Shown: positions 47,935-57,980 of the stretch, one piece after another | Layout: the number at the start of each line of letters is the position of its first letter | Position numbering within the stretch: the stretch's first letter is position 1 | Virus record (IMG/VR): IMGVR_UViG_3300048599_000737 | Coordinates: 11,870 to 75,869 of that record | DNA length: 64,000 nt | Source of the DNA: a virus | Lineage: Duplodnaviria; Caudoviricetes | Reading direction: 5' to 3' (one strand) | Notes under the pieces: model-generated | What the model saw: the letters and a program-made list of their open reading frames with translations, nothing else | What the model was told of the DNA's origin: nothing | The model's database searches: none | Translations under genes and position numbers: made by a program

Positions 47935-48689
47935 TTCAATGCGCCTTTCTCCTTGGTCCGCAGGTATAGGTTGTTGCGCTTGAGATTGTATTGCTGGAGG
48001 CAGGCCGCCGCCCGGGCATAGTCGTGGTCGATATAGCTGGCAAACTGCCCCTGCACCCACAACGCGACCGCAAAGGCGGCTTCCTCCTCGAAGGGAACCA
48101 GCTCAGCCTCGCGATAATCCAGCTTCTGACCGTCCCAGAACAGGGACAAGACCCACTCCCCGTCGATCTTTGGAAATACATAGAACTGCTCATGTTTGGG
48201 ACTCAGGGCTATGACGCCCACGTGCTGTCCGGGCAGGCTCTTCACCACGGCATCCATCATTTCCATCGCGCCGAGGCTGGCTGCCGTCATGACGGTGCAG
48301 CCATGGTCAAGCTTGTCCCCGCCCCCGTTCATGGCCAGGGAAAACCGCCGTTCCCACGCGATTTCAACGACCGGAAACCGGCGCTGCCGGTCCTGGCTAT
48401 AAAGCCAAGCCCCGGTGAGCTTGCTCAGCGGCGGCAAAGCGCCCACGTGCGCTTGTCCGTCCGCAACAAAATCCTGGTTGTAATAGAGGGTTTCATGGTT
48501 CCTGTTGAACTCCGGGATGTAGTTGGATAAGTCCAGGACCGCCTGCCGAATGTGGCCCCGGTAATAGGCGGAGCTGCCGTCCGGGTTCATCTGCCCAAAG
48601 ATCCGCTTGCACTCTAACGGGCACAGCGTATCGACCTGGGCGTTAAACTGCGCCCAGGTCCATAGTCCAGCCTGCGGATCGACATTCAT
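47931..48689 (-). CDS. putative head-tail adaptor (tubular protein A analogue)
   Basis: 252 aa beginning WTWAQFNAQVD and ending with a helical AAACLQQY segment; position between capsid and nozzle. Confidence 0.5.
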   Translation of the reverse strand: MNVDPQAGLWTWAQFNAQVDTLCPLECKRIFGQMNPDGSSAYYRGHIRQAVLDLSNYIPEFNRNHETLYYNQDFVADGQAHVGALPPLSKLTGAWLYSQDRQRRFPVVEIAWERRFSLAMNGGGDKLDHGCTVMTAASLGAMEMMDAVVKSLPGQHVGVIALSPKHEQFYVFPKIDGEWVLSLFWDGQKLDYREAELVPFEEEAAFAVALWVQGQFASYIDHDYARAAACLQQYNLKRNNLYLRTKEKGALK

Positions 48690-48692
48690 GCG

Positions 48693-49103
48693 TTACTTCT
48701 TCTTGCGCGCCTGAACCGCGACCACCTCCACCGCCTCACTCACGCTCTCCAGCGGGGTCACGGGTGGCTCCAGTGGCGGGACCGGGGGATTCGTATCGAT
48801 GGGTTCTCCCGAGCCAACCGGTTCCGACACGCCCGGCGTCGCGGACGAAACTGCCAAAGAAGGCGCATAGCTGTTGGAGGCGCTGGTCTTAATCCGCAGG
48901 GCTTTGCGGTATTGGGCCTCGGCAATACCGGTGACGCCCGACTTCGGGTCGAGCGCCAGCTTGTCCAGCAAGGCGATCTCCTTCTCTTCAGCCGTGGCAT
49001 ACACGCCCAGCCAGGCGCCGGTGTGCTCGTAGGGCGCAAACTGGATAACCCCATCCCCCACGCGCAGCGGGCGGTTACAGTTGGTCAGGTGATAGAATTT
49101 CAT
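48693..49103 (-). CDS. hypothetical late protein
   Basis: Start MKFYHLTN at 49103; Pro-rich tail. Confidence 0.6.
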   Translation of the reverse strand: MKFYHLTNCNRPLRVGDGVIQFAPYEHTGAWLGVYATAEEKEIALLDKLALDPKSGVTGIAEAQYRKALRIKTSASNSYAPSLAVSSATPGVSEPVGSGEPIDTNPPVPPLEPPVTPLESVSEAVEVVAVQARKKK

Positions 49104-49114
49104 AGGCGTGAAAA

Positions 49115-49663
49115 CTACTGCGTCCAGAACCCCGCTCGCGCCTGCACCCGCAGCGCATTGGTCCCCTGGTAATTGAGGGAGACGAGCTTGAACCACTTGG
49201 CGCCCAAAAAGTTGGAGGCTGGCACAAACACCAAACACGAAGCCGGGTTGGTTTGGCTTGAGGCCAGGTTGGTCAGGCTGAACATGGCATTGGTGGCGGG
49301 CGGCCAGTTGCGCGCCAGCGCCGCGTCATCCAGCGCCGTGGCGATGGTCGCGCTGAAGCTGGTCGCACTTTGCGCCGTAACCGCGTTGGTCATATCCTTC
49401 CCCACCTGCGCGGTCAGGAACTGGAATGTGACACCGGTCGCGTTGGGGTCCACCGCGTCCACCCCCTTGGTGCTCATCCATTGGCCCTGGCCGGGAGGAT
49501 AGTTCGCGCCGGAGAGGTTGGTGGCCCCGGGTTGCATCACGAAGTTGGTGGCGAGCAAATCGCCGCCGTAGTAGCTGGCGGTCTGCGCCCAGGCTGCCAC
49601 CGGCAGCGCCAGGCCCAGAATCAAGCCGGCCTGGTGAGATAAGGTCTTGCTTAAGTGAGTCAT
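49115..49663 (-). CDS. hypothetical late protein with Sec-like signal peptide
   Basis: ...LILGLALPVAAWA|QTA; directly downstream of the capsid gene. Confidence 0.7.
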   Translation of the reverse strand: MTHLSKTLSHQAGLILGLALPVAAWAQTASYYGGDLLATNFVMQPGATNLSGANYPPGQGQWMSTKGVDAVDPNATGVTFQFLTAQVGKDMTNAVTAQSATSFSATIATALDDAALARNWPPATNAMFSLTNLASSQTNPASCLVFVPASNFLGAKWFKLVSLNYQGTNALRVQARAGFWTQ

Positions 49664-49690
49664 AGATTATTGGGTAATTAAAAGGCCGGG

Positions 49691-51583
49691 TTAGTTGCTC
49701 ACGGTCAGGTCGTAGCCCGGCACGGTGAGCTTGGCGCCCGCGTCGGCGTAGTTCTCGATCAGGCGATGGCGATTGGTGTTGCCCACCGCCACCTCGAAGG
49801 TCCGGCTATTGAGCTGCACATGCTGCACGTTCTGGGTCATGACGTACTTGTAGAGGTTGTCCGCCAGGTTGTTGGTGCGCGGCACCGACTTGCTGGCAAT
49901 CACCCCCACCGCGATGTCCGACCAGTCAATCATCCAGATCGCGCGCCCGGCGGATTTCTGTCCGGTCTGGAACTGGGCCACCTTGTCGTCGAAATACTCA
50001 TCGCTAAAGACGTGCAGCGTGTAGCCGTAGTCGGGCAGCTCATAGGAGTCATACTCGAAGAGCACCGCGCCGTTGAACGTGTCGGTGATCTTCTTGCCCG
50101 ACTCGACGAACATCGTCACGTCGTCGATGGCGTACTTCGCCTTGAAGTAGCGGATCATCAGCTGCCGAATCATGGGCCGGGTAAACCGGCGATCCGTCAT
50201 GACATCGATGTCCGTGACGGTCACCCTGGATTCCTCTTCGCGCTCCCGCTTGACGTAGTAGCCCGCCTCAAACAGCGCATCCAGGTCCAGCGGCCCCGCC
50301 TGGCAGTCATACACGTTGCCCGAGGCCGCAATCTGCGTGCGGATGCCGACGGTCCGGGAAACATACTCGATGAGCTGCGTCCCGGTCTCACCCGAAGCCG
50401 CCCAGGCCGGGTCTTCCACATGCGGCAGCTTGTTCCAGGTGCTGATGGTCTGAAGCTCGTTCTCCACGTCGCCGTAAAAGCAGGTCTCGTAGAAAAAGTC
50501 CTCGTTCATCTTCTCCTGCTGCGCCCGCAGCTTGGCCAACGGCAGCAGGCGGAACTTCTTCAGGCCCTCGCTCGTGGTGGACGCCGCCAGCGCCTCCACA
50601 TACTGGTCGTTGAACTTGTGATTCCACCGCTGCGTCTGGCGCCAATACTCGATCAGCCCATACTCGTTGAATCCGGGAAGCTGGGCGCCATACGATTGGT
50701 AGTCGCTTACCGCGTTGACCCCGACCTTTACGATGCCGGTCGTCGGCTGATACGTCGCCTGCGCCGCCGCGGTCGCGTTCTCCCACCAAAGCGTGGTGTC
50801 GTTGATCGACCCGTTGCCAAACGCCCCGGTCAGCAGCGTGCCGCTCGGGATGGTCGAGTCGCCCCGGAACGTCCGGTTGGGAATCACTAGCACGTACGCC
50901 TGGTTGGCGTCCGGCCCGGCGGCGGAGTCCACCACCCGCAGCTGGCTGGTGATCTTGCTGTTGGCCCCGTTCAGGAATTCCGCCGTCAGGCTGTGCCGGG
51001 GCAGAAAATACTTCTCCGGGCTCTTCAGCACATTGTTGGGCGATTTGGCAAACGGCGAGCTGTCGGCATCGATGCTGCCGTTGTTGACCACCAGCACCCA
51101 GCAGGCGCCCACCCCGGCGTTCAGCGTGATGGTCCCGTTGGAGATGCCGGTGAAGGAAACGTTCGCCCCAGCCGTGCCGCCCTGGGCCGTGAAATTGGCC
51201 AGCGAGAACCCGCCGGACACGCGAAAATACCCGGGGTTCACCCGGTTGCGCCTCGGAATCAGCCGGAAGGGCTGAATCACCGACTGCGCCGCCGCCCCGC
51301 CGCCGAGCTTGAGCGGGGTGTGCCGGGAAAGCAGCAGGTCGGTAAGCGTCCGCTGCTTGCTGCCCGCCAAACGCCCCTCCTTGGTCTGGGAGATGATCTT
51401 GTCCAGGCCGACCTCCTTGAACATCGTCCCCTCAATATCCGACTTGTTCCAGCCGGTGTAGTTGGCGCGGGTCAGGCTCATCGCGTCGTCAACCACGATC
51501 AGCCGAGGATCGCTGTTCGTGGGGTTGAAACTGTTGGCCGCGCTGTTGGGTGCCTGCGCCGCGCCGGGAGGTGTATTTGCCAT
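49691..51583 (-). CDS. major capsid protein (inferred; SU10/DUF5309-like features)
   Basis: Follows portal and scaffold; segment YWRQTQRW...KLRAQQEKMNEDFFYETCFYG...RTVGIRTQI resembles an HK97-fold spine/P-domain; has its own upstream motif. Confidence 0.7.
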   Translation of the reverse strand: MANTPPGAAQAPNSAANSFNPTNSDPRLIVVDDAMSLTRANYTGWNKSDIEGTMFKEVGLDKIISQTKEGRLAGSKQRTLTDLLLSRHTPLKLGGGAAAQSVIQPFRLIPRRNRVNPGYFRVSGGFSLANFTAQGGTAGANVSFTGISNGTITLNAGVGACWVLVVNNGSIDADSSPFAKSPNNVLKSPEKYFLPRHSLTAEFLNGANSKITSQLRVVDSAAGPDANQAYVLVIPNRTFRGDSTIPSGTLLTGAFGNGSINDTTLWWENATAAAQATYQPTTGIVKVGVNAVSDYQSYGAQLPGFNEYGLIEYWRQTQRWNHKFNDQYVEALAASTTSEGLKKFRLLPLAKLRAQQEKMNEDFFYETCFYGDVENELQTISTWNKLPHVEDPAWAASGETGTQLIEYVSRTVGIRTQIAASGNVYDCQAGPLDLDALFEAGYYVKREREEESRVTVTDIDVMTDRRFTRPMIRQLMIRYFKAKYAIDDVTMFVESGKKITDTFNGAVLFEYDSYELPDYGYTLHVFSDEYFDDKVAQFQTGQKSAGRAIWMIDWSDIAVGVIASKSVPRTNNLADNLYKYVMTQNVQHVQLNSRTFEVAVGNTNRHRLIENYADAGAKLTVPGYDLTVSN

Positions 51584-51610
51584 AATCGGTTCGCTGTGTT
51601 CGCGTTATTT

Positions 51611-51632
51611 GTTACCCTTATTGTAGGGTTAC
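51611..51632. promoter_or_regulatory. 22-bp palindromic motif, copy 6, upstream of the capsid gene
   Basis: GTTACCCT-TATTGT-AGGGTTAC; on the minus strand TACAAT (-10-like) lies at its centre. Confidence 0.7.
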
Positions 51633-51650
51633 TTTTACGCCTCACAACGA

Positions 51651-51688
51651 AACCGGCGCGGATGGACGCATTTCCATCCGCGCCGGTT
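51651..51688 (-). terminator. perfect 16-bp hairpin between scaffold and capsid genes
   Basis: AACCGGCGCGGATGGA-CGCATT-TCCATCCGCGCCGGTT; only a weak U-tract follows. Confidence 0.55.
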
Positions 51689-51719
51689 CAATCTCGAACC
51701 CGTTTGGCCTTCTACAAAC

Positions 51720-53252
51720 TCAGCGCCCCCGCTTCAGGCTCGACACAATCGACGCCACCGGGATGGGTGAGCCATCGGGATTGCCCTGCGCGGGCGGGGT
51801 CGTGGCGGCTCCCGGCGCCTGCGCCGGAGTGGCCCGGGGAGGCCGGATTTCCCGGGGTTCCTCCCCGGGTTTGGTTTGGTCTTTGGCAACCGGTTTTCGG
51901 GCGGCCCGTTCAAAGCCCAGCTGTTTGGCCCGTTTCAGCTCGGTCGCCACATTGCTTTCCGCCTCTTCCTTGCCCCGGATGGCCATCATATCGACAATCG
52001 CCGCGTCGGTGAACGTCCAGAATTTCGACGTGGTCCAGTCCGCCGCGTTGAAGGCCCGGGCTTCGGCGGCGCTGTAGCCCGCCTCCCCGGGAGTAATCAT
52101 GGCGATAAACTCATCGCGTGGGAGAAACCGTCTTGCGCCCTGGACCAGATACTTGCCTCCCCGCTGCGCAAAGAGCCGCCCCTCCTGGGAGATGAAATCG
52201 GCAATTTCCTTATGCACGGCGTTCCTGGGGTTGAACGGCGTGGCGCGATTCTTAAGCAGCAGGAACTCCTCCACGCGTTTCTGCTGTCGCCCGTAGGATT
52301 CCGCCATGACCCCGCACTCCAGCGGAAACTCCTGGGCGGCGGCGGCAAACCCCTTCTCCTCCACCCGCTTGAGCGCCTCGGACAAGGGCGACTGGGCATC
52401 CGCGCTAATCAAGTTCCGGATGCCCTGCGGAAACGTTTCCGAGGCAAACTTCTGCACGGCGGGCAGGATCTCGGCCCGCCGCGTATCCATCGCCTGTTGG
52501 TCGAAGCGCGGTGCCAGCTCTTTGGCCACGTCCCGGCGAACATCTTCCCGGACACTCGCTTTGAGCACTTTCTTGTAGTCCGCCGGCTTCACCGTCGGCT
52601 TGCTATTGAGCAGGCGTTGGTATTCATCATCCTCCTCGGTCAGATTCGGATTCTTCTCCAGGAGCGCTTTCGCCCTGGCGCCAAACCCCTCATACCACTT
52701 CTTCAGCTCGGTGGGAAAGTCCCCATAGCGGCTGGGAAACAGCCGGGCGGCGACCTCGGCCTCCTCCAATTCCTCGATCTGGTCGGAGGTCAGAGTGGAA
52801 TCCTCTGCCGGTGCGGGTGGCGAGGCCGCAGGAGGCTCCTCCCCGGGCTCTTGAACCAGTTGGGCCGGGGTTCCTTCCACCAAGGGATGCCCCTGCGAAA
52901 TCGATTTGATTGCCGGTTTTCGCCCGGGCTCGGCCGGAGCGGCAGCGGGAGCAGCCGGGGCTGCGGGGGCGGCAGACGCAACGGGAGGCACTGGGGCGGC
53001 GACAGGAGGCGGCTCCGGCTCAAGCTCAGGCTCGGGCGCAGGAACAACCGGAGGCGGCTCCTCCCCGCGCAAGTCGCGCAGCACCGCCGCCAGCAAGTGG
53101 TCCGGTTCCGGCACCGTGCTGGCTGCGGCCGGTGGCTGGCCCGTTCCCTCTGCCGACGTAGCGGGAGGAGGAGTTGCGGGAAGAGTGCTGTTAGGTTCCG
53201 CCGGGGCGGCGGTTGCGGATGGTTTGGTCTCGGTTTCGGTCTTTGGTGTCAT
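51720..53252 (-). CDS. putative scaffolding protein
   Basis: 510 aa with Pro/Ala/Glu-rich disordered N-terminus and helical core; lies between portal and capsid. Confidence 0.65.
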   Translation of the reverse strand: MTPKTETETKPSATAAPAEPNSTLPATPPPATSAEGTGQPPAAASTVPEPDHLLAAVLRDLRGEEPPPVVPAPEPELEPEPPPVAAPVPPVASAAPAAPAAPAAAPAEPGRKPAIKSISQGHPLVEGTPAQLVQEPGEEPPAASPPAPAEDSTLTSDQIEELEEAEVAARLFPSRYGDFPTELKKWYEGFGARAKALLEKNPNLTEEDDEYQRLLNSKPTVKPADYKKVLKASVREDVRRDVAKELAPRFDQQAMDTRRAEILPAVQKFASETFPQGIRNLISADAQSPLSEALKRVEEKGFAAAAQEFPLECGVMAESYGRQQKRVEEFLLLKNRATPFNPRNAVHKEIADFISQEGRLFAQRGGKYLVQGARRFLPRDEFIAMITPGEAGYSAAEARAFNAADWTTSKFWTFTDAAIVDMMAIRGKEEAESNVATELKRAKQLGFERAARKPVAKDQTKPGEEPREIRPPRATPAQAPGAATTPPAQGNPDGSPIPVASIVSSLKRGR

Positions 53253-53255
53253 GAG

Positions 53256-55661
53256 TTACTGCGGTTGTAATGGCTGAGGCTGGGAGGCGGAACCCTCTGC
53301 CGGAGGAGGCGAAACTTTGCGCATCGCCTCGGCAATCATCTGACCGGCCTGCGGGTTCATCTTTCCAATGACCTCGCACAGCGCGTCCAACGCCTGGTGA
53401 ATCTGTGAGATGTCGGCGCTATCCTTCTGCACCGACTCGGCGAGCCTCTGTAGCCCTTGAACCATCTGCTGGTCCTGGGAGAGCAGCAGGGTGTCCTCCT
53501 CGCCGGGCTTAAGCTCCAGGCGCATGTCCACCCCGGCATCGATGCTGCGGAAGATCTGGTTGAACACCTCAAACACCTTCTGCTTGCCCATCGCTCCCAG
53601 GATAGCCTGCTGCATGCTCGCCTCCAGGCTTCCGATAGCCTGCAACATCTGGACCAGCACGGTGGCCGCCTGCTGCCCCGAAGGCCGGTCGCCACCGTCC
53701 CGCGACGTGTAGTTGTACTCGTGAACCAAACCCGACTTCTTGCCCACGACTTTGACGTGCCCGTTGAGCTCCATCAGCGAGTCGCGATGCACCTCAAAGC
53801 CGGCCTGCTTAATCACCGACTCCGGGTAACGGTTCATCACGGTCAACTCCACGTCATCGCTGCCGCAAGCCGTGAGCGATTCATACAGAATCCGCTTCAT
53901 CGCCTCGCGGCCCTCATCCACCCCGGTCGAGATGAAATCGTAAACCGTGTCGGTGGACTGGCTAATCTCATGGCTCTCGGTCGCCGAAATCTCGTGGCTG
54001 GCCGCCTGCCCCTGCTCATGGGGAGACATGACCGAAAGCCGATCCGCCATGTTGAGCAGATGAGTGATGGCCTGGAAAATCTTGTCGATGGCCGTGTTGG
54101 GCGTGGAGCGGACCACAATGAACGCCTGCTCCGGCTTGATGCCCAGCTGGCTCAGCTTGCTGAAGCTCACCTCCAGCATCTGCATGCTGGTGTATTTGGC
54201 CCCACCCCGCATCAGCTCCTCAAACTCCGCCAAGGCCGCCTTGCCCTGCTCGTTGTCCGGGAAGACATCCGTATTGAGCACGCAGACGCTGAAGAGATCC
54301 TGTTTGATGGTCTCCAGCAGCTGGCTGAACAGGTTGGTAAGCTGATCCTGAAACGGCAGCAGCTCATGCGCCATCGCGATATTGAACAGCCGGCTGTCGT
54401 TGGCGTTATAGCTGAACACCGCCGCCGGTGACGACGGCATGATCTTGGCATAGACCACCGTGGCATCCCCCGCCACCTTCAGATGAACCCACACCGGATG
54501 CGGATACCGGCCCCAGCCCCAATTCTGCGGCCGAACCTTGACCCAGATGTGGGAGAAGATCGTGCTAACCGATTCAGGCTGACCTGTAAACAGGCCCACC
54601 TGGTTCTTCATGTCATTGGCCGCAGTCGGGTTGCTTCCCTGCACCTGCGGCATGGCCGGAGGCGTTATCGTCGTGAAATACTGGTTGAAGTACGCCCAGT
54701 AGGTGCTGAACCAGTCGCACATTCCGCTGGTGTAACTGACCTTCCGGCGGTTGAAGTAGGCCCCGTTGTTGGCTATATCCCCCCACCGCGCCACATCCCA
54801 GAACCCAACATACTCGCACCCAATGTCCTGGTTCAGGCTCGTGATGGGATAGTTGTTGTCGTAGAACACCCGGCTGGGATGCGCAATGACCCATGAAATG
54901 CCCTCGCGCACCACTCGCGCCCGCGTCCGTATCCTTCCGTTTTCGTCCCGCTGTATGTCTCCCGGAACCCGCTCCAGCTGGACTTCCCGCTCCCAATACG
55001 ACCGGGGGAATGCCACACACCGCTGATGCAGCAGCATGTGCAGAATCGATTGGGAGACAAAATGGCGGTAGCCATATTGGTCGGCCATGATGTCCATCCG
55101 CTGGCTCACCATGTCCGCGCGCAGCTTCCCCACCGCCGTCTGGTCCCGCGGCTCATACCACAGATACGGCCAGGCCCGGTTGTACTTCTGGACCTGCGCC
55201 GCCCGTCGGCGCGTCACCACCGACCGGAGCAGGTTGACGTTGCTCTCGTAAAACTTCGGCACGTCCGCCCCAACCACCTCGCCGCTCGCATTCTTGCGCA
55301 AATAGCTCTGCCCGTCCGGAACCTCCTCCATGCACTTCTGAAACTTGGAGAGATCAATGCGTCCCTGGGCATACTGCATCAGCGGGACCACGGCTTTATT
55401 GACCGGAAACGAGTCCCATGCCATGTCCACCGCCGCATACTTCTGGTAGTTGGCCAGCGAGAAAACAATGTGCTCCTGCAAGATGCCGGAAAGCCACTTC
55501 TCAAACTTCGCCCGCTGCTTGATGTCGCGCTCTCTCACCCGAATCTCCGCCGGGGTCATTCGCGCCCGTTGGGTCACGGTGGGTTCTACGGCGGTGAAAA
55601 ACTCACGCAACCGGTCGTCAGTCGTCTGATAATCGGCCAGTATGTCAAAATCCAGGGGCAT
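53256..55661 (-). CDS. putative portal protein
   Basis: Start MPLDFDIL at 55661; ~800 aa; position after terminase and before scaffold. Confidence 0.7.
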   Translation of the reverse strand: MPLDFDILADYQTTDDRLREFFTAVEPTVTQRARMTPAEIRVRERDIKQRAKFEKWLSGILQEHIVFSLANYQKYAAVDMAWDSFPVNKAVVPLMQYAQGRIDLSKFQKCMEEVPDGQSYLRKNASGEVVGADVPKFYESNVNLLRSVVTRRRAAQVQKYNRAWPYLWYEPRDQTAVGKLRADMVSQRMDIMADQYGYRHFVSQSILHMLLHQRCVAFPRSYWEREVQLERVPGDIQRDENGRIRTRARVVREGISWVIAHPSRVFYDNNYPITSLNQDIGCEYVGFWDVARWGDIANNGAYFNRRKVSYTSGMCDWFSTYWAYFNQYFTTITPPAMPQVQGSNPTAANDMKNQVGLFTGQPESVSTIFSHIWVKVRPQNWGWGRYPHPVWVHLKVAGDATVVYAKIMPSSPAAVFSYNANDSRLFNIAMAHELLPFQDQLTNLFSQLLETIKQDLFSVCVLNTDVFPDNEQGKAALAEFEELMRGGAKYTSMQMLEVSFSKLSQLGIKPEQAFIVVRSTPNTAIDKIFQAITHLLNMADRLSVMSPHEQGQAASHEISATESHEISQSTDTVYDFISTGVDEGREAMKRILYESLTACGSDDVELTVMNRYPESVIKQAGFEVHRDSLMELNGHVKVVGKKSGLVHEYNYTSRDGGDRPSGQQAATVLVQMLQAIGSLEASMQQAILGAMGKQKVFEVFNQIFRSIDAGVDMRLELKPGEEDTLLLSQDQQMVQGLQRLAESVQKDSADISQIHQALDALCEVIGKMNPQAGQMIAEAMRKVSPPPAEGSASQPQPLQPQ

Positions 55662-55662
55662 G

Positions 55663-55971
55663 CTATTGCTTCTCCAGCAGGTTGAGCGGAATGATGGGCT
55701 CGCCAGGGTCACCAAACCGCGACCCCTTCAGCGTGGCCTCAATCAGGGCGAAATGAAGACTGACCGGCGGGGGAAACCGCCCTTTCTCGATCAGTGCGCG
55801 GGTCTGGCTGGGCATCAGTCCCGCCATCGCCCCGATCTCCTCCACGGTGCGATTGGCCAGATGCGCCAGGCGCACCAATTGCGCGGGCTTCCAGCCCGGG
55901 ATAATGCCCATCTGGCGGTATCGGCTGATTACCCGGGGCGCGATCAAATCATCATCTTGGTGGCGGGACAT
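55663..55971 (-). CDS. hypothetical protein, possible HTH
   Basis: LVRLAHLANRTVEEIGAMAGL resembles an HTH; weak. Confidence 0.55.
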   Translation of the reverse strand: MSRHQDDDLIAPRVISRYRQMGIIPGWKPAQLVRLAHLANRTVEEIGAMAGLMPSQTRALIEKGRFPPPVSLHFALIEATLKGSRFGDPGEPIIPLNLLEKQ

Positions 55972-55975
55972 AACC

Positions 55976-56302
55976 TCAATGCGTCATGCTGTTGTCCGGC
56001 GGGAGGTTCCGGTCGTTCTCCGGCACCCCGGCCCGGTTCTTAAACATCTTCACCGCCACTGATTCCTCAGGCTCGGCATCCCCGGTCGCCTCCGTCGGCT
56101 CTACCTCGGTCTCCTCCGGTTGGTCGATGGCGATTTCCGTTATCGAGAGCACCACCATCTTCTGCCCGGCCTCGTCCAGCGTGGCTTTGAAGGTGCCGCT
56201 CACCTCGTCCCCCGGGTCCAGCCGGCTGAAAAGCTCGGCCATGGCCTCGGAATCCGTTGGGTCCAGATAGATTTTGTCTTTAGCCGACAGCGATTCGCTC
56301 AT
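55976..56302 (-). CDS. acidic hypothetical protein
   Basis: 108 aa, directly downstream of motif copy 7. Confidence 0.65.
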   Translation of the reverse strand: MSESLSAKDKIYLDPTDSEAMAELFSRLDPGDEVSGTFKATLDEAGQKMVVLSITEIAIDQPEETEVEPTEATGDAEPEESVAVKMFKNRAGVPENDRNLPPDNSMTH

Positions 56303-56320
56303 ATGGATGTTCTAGCATGT

Positions 56321-56342
56321 GTTACACTTTTTATAGTGTTAC
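56321..56342. promoter_or_regulatory. 22-bp palindromic motif, copy 7
   Basis: GTTACACT-TTTTAT-AGTGTTAC. Confidence 0.7.
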
Positions 56343-56369
56343 TCTTTGAATCTCTTTTTGCAACTCGTT

Positions 56370-57980
56370 TCACTTCAACCGCATGATTCGCACCCTGCCC
56401 GCCTGGGCCTCCAGCGGCAGCCGCATGCGCGGGTCGCCTCCCACCTCCATCTTGAAGATCGGGTAGCTGAACGAGTCAAACTTGTGCAGCCACTTGGACC
56501 GCTTCGGGTTGGTGGGGTTTCCCTCATCAAACTCCAGGTGGTTCAGGCAATCCACCGTATTCTCGCACTGGGCTCCCACGTAAAGCTCCTCTTGATACAG
56601 CTTGGACTGCATCAGGCGCACTCGCGCGGCGACCGAGCCCGGGCCTTTGGGGCAGCCCAGCAGCTTGGCCGGCTCCACGCTGCCATCCGCGCCAATGCGG
56701 CCAAACTCCGCCAGCACCTTGTTGAATTCCTTCTCAAACTCCCACGCGTCGTAGCTCCCCTCGCCCCCGGGCCGCCACTGGTTGATAGCTGAATCGTCCG
56801 TGATATGGCAGTAGGCGAACCGGAACCCCACTCTCCGTCGCCAGTAGCGCATGCGCTCAATTATCTCCCAGGCCAGCATCTTGTAGATGATGCGCTCGTT
56901 CAAGTGGTCGCATTCGTCAAAGATGATCCACACGGCTTTCGTGGTGGTCGGAATGCACTGCAAAAAGGTCACCCCCTGCCACCGCTGCCCGATGTCATAC
57001 CCGATGTAGATGGGGAATCCCCGCTTGGGCTCGATGCCGGTTCCCTTAACCGCATCGCCTCTTAAATGCAGCGCCGGGGTATAGAACCCTTTGAACACCC
57101 CTCGGCCGGATGGCTGGTCGATCCACTCCCCGCCAATGAGCCGCTTCCACATGATGGGGTCATGCGCGAAGGTGCGCTGGAGCCGCTCGATATAGCCGGG
57201 CGGCAGCCGGTGCAGGTTCTCCGTAATCGGGACATGATGCACCGAGAAGTGCGGGTCGCGTTTCCCGGTGTCCGGGTCCACACACTCCACAAAGAATATC
57301 CGGTAGATCCAATGCGATGGCCCCTTGGGATTGCAGGAGGCGGTAAACTGCTGCGGCGCGTCGCCCAGGTCGCGACGCCGTCCGAGCTGGGCGGCGGGGA
57401 ACTTCCAGTATTCCTCCCCGTCACACTTATCCAGCTCATCCACATAGACCATCGACGGAGCCGGCCCAGCGATGCGCCTCTCCACCTGGCTGGCATGCGG
57501 GATGGACATCAGCAGGAGCTTGCTCCAGCCGCCAAACCGGTTGCGTATCCACCGATGCCGGTCCTTGGTATTGGGGTCCAGCTTGGACTGGGTAAACTCC
57601 AGCTCAATGCCCTCTTTCCAGGCCGGGAGCACCAGGTTTTCCAGATCATACCAGATGCCTTCGTTGCCGGTGCGGATCATCGGAGTGATGCACAGCACCA
57701 GCGCGTTGTTGTTCTCGTAGGCGTGCCGGACCATCTTATTTCCAAAGGCTATGGTCTTGCCTGAACCTTTCTCCGCATGCCCCAGGACATTCTCCGCCGC
57801 GTCGTTGAAGATTTTGAGCTGGGCCGGATTCAGGTCCGGCGTCCAGCCCCCGCCCCCCGTCGCGTCCGCTTTGGAGTCGTCGCGAGGCGGTGGCGGCGCA
57901 TCGGACGGCTCCAGGGGCTCCCCCAGAAACTCGGCCATCAGCTCCGCGCCCTCCAGGCTAATCTCGGGCGGCGACTTCAC
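56370..57980 (-). CDS. terL: terminase large subunit
   Basis: Walker A EKGSGKT, Walker B MVYVDE, ASCNPKG coupling motif, nuclease IGYDIG and HKFDSFSY. Confidence 0.9.
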   Translation of the reverse strand: MKSPPEISLEGAELMAEFLGEPLEPSDAPPPPRDDSKADATGGGGWTPDLNPAQLKIFNDAAENVLGHAEKGSGKTIAFGNKMVRHAYENNNALVLCITPMIRTGNEGIWYDLENLVLPAWKEGIELEFTQSKLDPNTKDRHRWIRNRFGGWSKLLLMSIPHASQVERRIAGPAPSMVYVDELDKCDGEEYWKFPAAQLGRRRDLGDAPQQFTASCNPKGPSHWIYRIFFVECVDPDTGKRDPHFSVHHVPITENLHRLPPGYIERLQRTFAHDPIMWKRLIGGEWIDQPSGRGVFKGFYTPALHLRGDAVKGTGIEPKRGFPIYIGYDIGQRWQGVTFLQCIPTTTKAVWIIFDECDHLNERIIYKMLAWEIIERMRYWRRRVGFRFAYCHITDDSAINQWRPGGEGSYDAWEFEKEFNKVLAEFGRIGADGSVEPAKLLGCPKGPGSVAARVRLMQSKLYQEELYVGAQCENTVDCLNHLEFDEGNPTNPKRSKWLHKFDSFSYPIFKMEVGGDPRMRLPLEAQAGRVRIMRLK

